This document shows, in pieces, positions 59,123 through 64,000 of a stretch of DNA of 64,000 nt. Each line of letters opens with the position of its first letter. Positions within the stretch are counted from its first letter, which is position 1. Under the pieces are notes generated by a model, which saw only the letters and a list, made by a program, of their open reading frames with translations, made no database searches and was not told the origin of the DNA. The stretch spans positions 1-64,000 of the forward strand of contig CAVPRW010000034.1 of NCBI GenBank assembly GCA_963707985.1. The letters are read 5' to 3'. The stretch is from an uncultured Nitrospinota bacterium. Lineage in GTDB: Bacteria > Tectomicrobia > Entotheonellia > J063 > CAVPRW01. The translations under genes and the position numbers were made by a program.

Positions 59123-60307
59123 ATGGCGAAGGAGCGGTTTGTCCGGACGAAGCCGCATGTCAACGTCGGCACTATCGGGCATATCGACCACGGCAAGACG
59201 ACGTTGACAAGCGCGATTACCAAAGTGTTGGCAGAACGCAAACTAGCAAAATACGTAGAATTTGGTCAAATCGACAAGGCCCCCGAAGAGCGAGAGCGCG
59301 GCATCACCATCGCCATCGCTCATGTGGAGTATGAAACCGACAAGCGGCACTATGCGCATGTGGACTGCCCGGGGCATGCCGATTACATCAAGAACATGAT
59401 CACTGGCGCCGCCCAGATGGATGGGGCAATTCTAGTCGTGGCCGCAACCGATGGTCCGATGCCGCAAACACGTGAGCACATCCTGTTGGCACGGCAAGTT
59501 GGGGTACCGGCCATCGTCGTTTATATGAATAAGTGCGACGCCGTCGACGACCCGGAGTTGCTCGAACTCGTCGAACTTGAGGTGCGAGAACTCCTTTCCA
59601 AATACGAGTTTCCAGGAGATGACACTCCGATTATTCGGGGCAGTGCACTAAAAGCCTTGGAAGGTGATCCGAACTGGACGAAGTCAATTGATGAACTTAT
59701 GGACGCGGTCGACAGCTATGTGCCGTTGCCGACACGCGAGGTCGATAAACCCTTCCTGATGCCAGTTGAGGACGTGTTCACCATCTCGGGTCGTGGGACC
59801 GTGGTAACCGGGCGTATCGAACGCGGGCGAATCAAAGTCGGTGAAGACGTGGAAATTGTCGGTTTTCGCCCCACCGTCAAGACCGTGGCAACAGGGGTCG
59901 AGATGTTCCGCAAGATCCTGGATGAAGGGCAGGCCGGCGACAACGTCGGGATCCTCGTGCGCGGCATCAAGCGCGAGGATGTCGAACGTGGACAGGTACT
60001 GGCGAAGCCCGCGAGCATCACACCGCACACCCGGTTTAAAGCGGAAACATATGTCCTGACCAAGGAAGAAGGTGGACGGCATACACCATTTTTCAAGGGA
60101 TATCGTCCACAGTTCTACTTCCGTACCACCGACGTGACGGGGTCTGTCGTCCTTCCCGAAGGCGTGGAGATGATTATGCCTGGCGATAACCTCACCATGG
60201 ACGTGACGCTGATCACGCCGATTGCCCTGGAAACTGGAATACGCTTCGCCATTCGGGAAGGCGGACGTACCGTGGGAGCGGGGGTGGTGACGGAGGTTAT
60301 CCAATAG
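59123..60307 (+). CDS. tuf: Elongation factor Tu
   Basis: [27 protein letters not shown]. Confidence 0.99.
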   Translation: MAKERFVRTKPHVNVGTIGHIDHGKTTLTSAITKVLAERKLAKYVEFGQIDKAPEERERGITIAIAHVEYETDKRHYAHVDCPGHADYIKNMITGAAQMDGAILVVAATDGPMPQTREHILLARQVGVPAIVVYMNKCDAVDDPELLELVELEVRELLSKYEFPGDDTPIIRGSALKALEGDPNWTKSIDELMDAVDSYVPLPTREVDKPFLMPVEDVFTISGRGTVVTGRIERGRIKVGEDVEIVGFRPTVKTVATGVEMFRKILDEGQAGDNVGILVRGIKREDVERGQVLAKPASITPHTRFKAETYVLTKEEGGRHTPFFKGYRPQFYFRTTDVTGSVVLPEGVEMIMPGDNLTMDVTLITPIALETGIRFAIREGGRTVGAGVVTEVIQ

Positions 60308-60422
60308 TTCTGATGGCTTGAACGCGTTGTATCTCCCTCTCCTGTCGCAGAACTCGCATGGGCCTGGCTCGCTCCTCATGCAGGCCAGGCTCCGTTATTC
60401 TTACGGAAGAATTGGGGAAGCT

Positions 60423-60737
60423 ATGGCAACGGCCACGCAAAAGATCAGAATTCGCCTGAAGGCGTACGATCATCGTATTCTCGACCAGTCGGTGACGGAA
60501 ATCGTCGACACCGCTAAGCGCACTGGAGCGAGGGTTTTGGGCCCTATTCCGCTGCCGACGGTGAAAAACCGCTTCACCGTCCTCCGCTCGCCGCATGTCG
60601 ACAAAAAGTCCCGTGAACAATTCGAGCTGCGTACTCATAAACGGCTGCTGGACATCCTCGAACCAACCCCACAGACGGTTGATGCACTGATGAAGTTGGA
60701 TCTATCCGCGGGGGTTGATGTAGAAATCAAGCTGTAG
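60423..60737 (+). CDS. rpsJ: 30S ribosomal protein S10
   Basis: [23 protein letters not shown]. Confidence 0.98.
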   Translation: MATATQKIRIRLKAYDHRILDQSVTEIVDTAKRTGARVLGPIPLPTVKNRFTVLRSPHVDKKSREQFELRTHKRLLDILEPTPQTVDALMKLDLSAGVDVEIKL

Positions 60738-60760
60738 GCCTGACACGATAGGGACCTGCT

Positions 60761-61384
60761 ATGATTAGTGGCTTGCTAGGTAGAAAATTGGGAATGACGC
60801 AGGTGTTTATGCCGGACGGTTCACTGATCCCATGTACGGTGATCGAGGTCGGTCCATGCCCTGTTATCCAGGTCAAGACACAGGAACGTGACGGGTATGA
60901 GGCGGTGCAGATCGGTTTCCTGCCGAAAAATAGAGGGACGAACAAACCCTTACGTGGGCACTTCACGAAGCACAACGCTCAGCCCCTACGACACCTGCGC
61001 GAATTCAAAGCTACCGGAGAAAAGGCGATCTCAGTGGGCGAGACCTTGACTTTAGAGGTGTTTACAGAGGGTGAACGCGTCGATATCGCTGGAACCACGA
61101 AGGGGCGTGGCTTTGCAGGGGTTGTCAAGCGCTATGGGTTCGCTGGAAATCCTGGTGCCCATGGCACTCACGAGACGTTTCGCGGCCCTGGCTCGGTCGG
61201 CTCTGCTGCCCATCCCTCGCATACGCCGAAAGGCAAACGCCTGGCAGGACACTATGGGGTCGACCGCAAAACGATTCGTAATCTGAGGGTAGTCCGCGTG
61301 GATAAAGATCGTAACCTGCTGCTCGTCAGAGGGGCAATTCCCGGAAGCCGTGGCGGCCTGGTTGAGGTACGAAAACGCGGGTAA
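60761..61384 (+). CDS. rplC: 50S ribosomal protein L3
   Basis: [22 protein letters not shown]. Confidence 0.97.
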   Translation: MISGLLGRKLGMTQVFMPDGSLIPCTVIEVGPCPVIQVKTQERDGYEAVQIGFLPKNRGTNKPLRGHFTKHNAQPLRHLREFKATGEKAISVGETLTLEVFTEGERVDIAGTTKGRGFAGVVKRYGFAGNPGAHGTHETFRGPGSVGSAAHPSHTPKGKRLAGHYGVDRKTIRNLRVVRVDKDRNLLLVRGAIPGSRGGLVEVRKRG

Positions 61385-61482
61385 GGCTGTCAGAGGCATG
61401 CACGCGGGAAGACTGCAGGCCAGTTGGCCAACTCCGAATCTAGCATCAACGTCGAGCCCATGCCTTGTGAGAGAGGACGCGT

Positions 61483-62106
61483 ATGGAATTAGATGTGATT
61501 AATCGGCAGGGGACGCCGGTCGAAAAAGTCACCGTGGCAGACCATGCGTTCGCCGCTGAGGTGAAAACTCACCTCTTTCATCAAGTGGTCAGAATGCAAC
61601 TTGCCAAGCGCCGGCGGGGTACCGCCTCGACTAAGACCAGGGGTGAGGTAAGTGGGGGAGGCAAGAAACCCTGGCGGCAGAAAGGGACGGGGCGTGCACG
61701 AGCGGGGAGTACTCGTTCTCCCTTGTGGCGGGGCGGCGGGGTCGCCTTGGGTCCAAAGCCACGGAATTATGCCTATAAACTCCCCAAGAAGGTCCGGCGT
61801 GCTGCTCTTTGCTCTGCCTTGTCGCTGAAAACTCAAGAAGGCCTGCTGAAGGTGATCGATCACCTCGACCTCCCCGCACCCAAAACGAAGCAGATGGTCG
61901 GTTTCCTGCAAGATTTAGGGGTAGAGAAAGCGGCGATAATCCTCCTGGTGGATAACAATCCCAACGTCCAGTTGTCGGCACGCAACCTGCCAGATGTAAA
62001 AGTGCTTCGTGTCGAAGGGGTGAATGTATATGATCTTCTAGCACATGATTACCTCATTTGTACAAGGGAAGCACTCATGAAGCTACAAGAGAGGGTGACC
62101 TCATGA
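61483..62106 (+). CDS. rplD: 50S ribosomal protein L4
   Basis: KPWRQKGTGRARAG, GGGVALGPKPR. Confidence 0.97.
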   Translation: MELDVINRQGTPVEKVTVADHAFAAEVKTHLFHQVVRMQLAKRRRGTASTKTRGEVSGGGKKPWRQKGTGRARAGSTRSPLWRGGGVALGPKPRNYAYKLPKKVRRAALCSALSLKTQEGLLKVIDHLDLPAPKTKQMVGFLQDLGVEKAAIILLVDNNPNVQLSARNLPDVKVLRVEGVNVYDLLAHDYLICTREALMKLQERVTS

Positions 62107-62393
62107 TTGACCCATATAGTGTCATCCAGCGACCTCTAGTCACCGAAAAGAGCTTGGCTCAGAACACGAAGCGCTATAAGGTCAGTTTCCTCGTACACCC
62201 CGATGCCAATAAGCAGGAAATCCGTGCGGCGGTTGAAGGTATTTTTGCTGTCAAGGTCACTGAGGTTAATACCGTTTACCTCAAAGGCAAGCGCAAACGC
62301 ACCCGTATGCGGGATGGCAAGCGATCAGACCAAAAGAAAGCCATCGTGACCTTGCGCGCAGGGGACAAAATCGAATTTTTCGAGGGGTTATAA
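62103..62393 (+). CDS. rplW: 50S ribosomal protein L23
   Basis: PLVTEKS, ANKQEI, KKAIVTL. Confidence 0.96.
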   Translation: MIDPYSVIQRPLVTEKSLAQNTKRYKVSFLVHPDANKQEIRAAVEGIFAVKVTEVNTVYLKGKRKRTRMRDGKRSDQKKAIVTLRAGDKIEFFEGL

Positions 62394-62406
62394 CGAGGGA
62401 GACCCC

Positions 62407-63231
62407 ATGGCGATTCGCACGTTTAAACCGACATCTCCAGGCATCCGACAGATGAGTGCCTCGACCTTCGAGGAAGTGACCAAGACGGTTCCAGAGAAGC
62501 GTCTCCTGCGGCCAGCGAATAAAACAGGGGGACGCAACAATTACGGTCGGGTCACCGTTCGCTTTCGTGGTGGTGGGCATAAGCGGCGTTACCGTCTCAT
62601 TGACTTTAAACGGGATAAAGTTGGAGTTCCGGCAAAGGTCGCGGCCGTGGAGTATGACCCGAACCGATCGGCGCGTATCGCCTTGCTGCATTACATCGAC
62701 GGCGAGAAACGCTATATCCTGGCCCCGCAGGGCTTACGCATCGGGGATAGGGTGATGTCCGGGCCGGAAGCTGAGATTCGTACCGGGAACGCTCTGGCGC
62801 TGCGAAATATCCCGTTGGGCACTCTCGTGCACAATGTCGAACTGACCCAAGGTCGTGGGGGCCAATTGGCCCGCGCGGCAGGCACCTCCGCGCAACTGAT
62901 GGCGAAAGAGGGCGATTACGCGCAACTGAAACTGAAATCAGGTGAAGTCCGAATGGTGCGACTGGCCTGCATGGCGACCATCGGCCAGGTGGGAAATACC
63001 GATCACGAGAACATCACTATCGGGAAGGCTGGTCGCATGCGATGGATGGGCAGGCGTCCACATGTCCGCGGCGTAGCGATGAACCCAGTCGATCACCCTC
63101 ACGGTGGCGGCGAGGGAAAGGCGGGGCAGGGCAATCCTCATCCTGTCAGCCCATGGGGTTGGCCTACTAAAGGCGCCAAGACACGCGGCAAGCGTCCATC
63201 CGATAAGTACATATTGAAGCGCCGCGAGTAA
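62407..63231 (+). CDS. rplB: 50S ribosomal protein L2
   Basis: [25 protein letters not shown]. Confidence 0.99.
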   Translation: MAIRTFKPTSPGIRQMSASTFEEVTKTVPEKRLLRPANKTGGRNNYGRVTVRFRGGGHKRRYRLIDFKRDKVGVPAKVAAVEYDPNRSARIALLHYIDGEKRYILAPQGLRIGDRVMSGPEAEIRTGNALALRNIPLGTLVHNVELTQGRGGQLARAAGTSAQLMAKEGDYAQLKLKSGEVRMVRLACMATIGQVGNTDHENITIGKAGRMRWMGRRPHVRGVAMNPVDHPHGGGEGKAGQGNPHPVSPWGWPTKGAKTRGKRPSDKYILKRRE

Positions 63232-63260
63232 CTTCGCGCGTGTAATCTAGGGAGGACAGG

Positions 63261-63545
63261 GTGGCACGCTCACTAAAAAAGGGACCATTTATCGATGGAA
63301 AATTGTTAGAAAGAGTTGCAACCATGAACCGCGGGACGGAGAAGCGGATCATCCGAACATGGTCCCGTCGATCCGTCATCTTTCCTGAACTAGTTGGTCA
63401 TACCATTGCTGTTCACAATGGGAAGCGGTTTATCCCCGTCTATATCACCGAGAATATGGTCGGCCACAAGTTAGGCGAGTTCGCCCCAACACGGACCTTC
63501 CGAGGCCATAGTGGGCATACCAAACGTGTGTTATCGTTGAAGTAA
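63261..63545 (+). CDS. rpsS: 30S ribosomal protein S19
   Basis: [25 protein letters not shown]. Confidence 0.98.
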   Translation: MARSLKKGPFIDGKLLERVATMNRGTEKRIIRTWSRRSVIFPELVGHTIAVHNGKRFIPVYITENMVGHKLGEFAPTRTFRGHSGHTKRVLSLK

Positions 63546-63713
63546 GCAAATCGACTACGCCACACTTGATGAGTCAGAGCAAAAGCCCGTGTCAGCACAT
63601 GGAAAAGTTGAGTTAACTGGCAACCTCGACGGCATCGCGAGTAGCGTTATTCGATTGTTGCCTGAGTTTCCGCCTCTGCCCGAGGATGCCGTGAGAAGGT
63701 GACAGGGAGCATC

Positions 63714-64000
63714 ATGGAAGCGAGAGCGGTTGGAAGATATCTCCGGACGTCACCACGCAAGGCCCGGCAAGTGGCCGATGCTATTCGTGGGCGACCTGCG
63801 GGCGATGCCTTGAACGTCCTGGCGCTAACGCCTCGTAAGGCCGCGCGCTTGATCGAAAAGATCCTCAAAGCAGCCGTCGCAAATGCGCGCGAAAAGGGAG
63901 GGCGAGATCAACTCGACGCTCTCAGCGTCAGTGAAATCCAGGTCGGGCCGGGACCCACCTTAAAGCGCTGGCTTCCTAGAGCCCGCGGACGCGCCACACC
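63714..64000 (+). CDS. rplV: 50S ribosomal protein L22 (runs off the window end)
   Basis: MEARAVGRYLRTSPRKARQVADAIRG...GPTLKRWLPRARGRA. Confidence 0.96.
   Translation, partial: MEARAVGRYLRTSPRKARQVADAIRGRPAGDALNVLALTPRKAARLIEKILKAAVANAREKGGRDQLDALSVSEIQVGPGPTLKRWLPRARGRAT

Overview
Mostly core-genome DNA from a GC-rich Gram-negative bacterium. A Cys4 insert in RpoB and the gene order suggest a deep lineage such as Tectomicrobia, Nitrospinota or NC10, but that is inference only. From about 4 kb to the end the window holds housekeeping genes: trpCFBA-leuD-leuB-asd-mtnP-hemL-eno-ftsB (minus strand); an isolated 2-oxoacid dehydrogenase E1 alpha/beta gene; the rib operon with nusB behind a strongly diverged FMN riboswitch; ccdA; an RpoD-like sigma paralog; uvrA-truA-trpE-trpD; a CoA-transferase; kdsD-kdsC; a partial type II secretion cluster (gspG,H,I, internally deleted gspJ, gspK, gspN); a cytochrome c; moaC-radA-PIN/TRAM-ispDF-rlmB; a tRNA cluster; and the rpmG-secE-nusG-rplKAJL-rpoBC-str-S10 block. 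The first 3.8 kb is accessory and appears to be the end of an island abutting the 3' end of tRNA-fMet. It contains the 3' part of an ORF-less group II intron with a full-length domain V and a CGC triad. The intron's 3' end joins the remains of an integron attC site on the top strand. Next come a cassette gene with a PD-(D/E)xK nuclease motif and a SEC-C motif, a textbook attC site, a 5'-truncated DUF4760-like gene, and tandem repeats resembling integrase arm sites. Six single-base frameshifts, all in the first 16 kb and some in essential genes, are most likely consensus errors.
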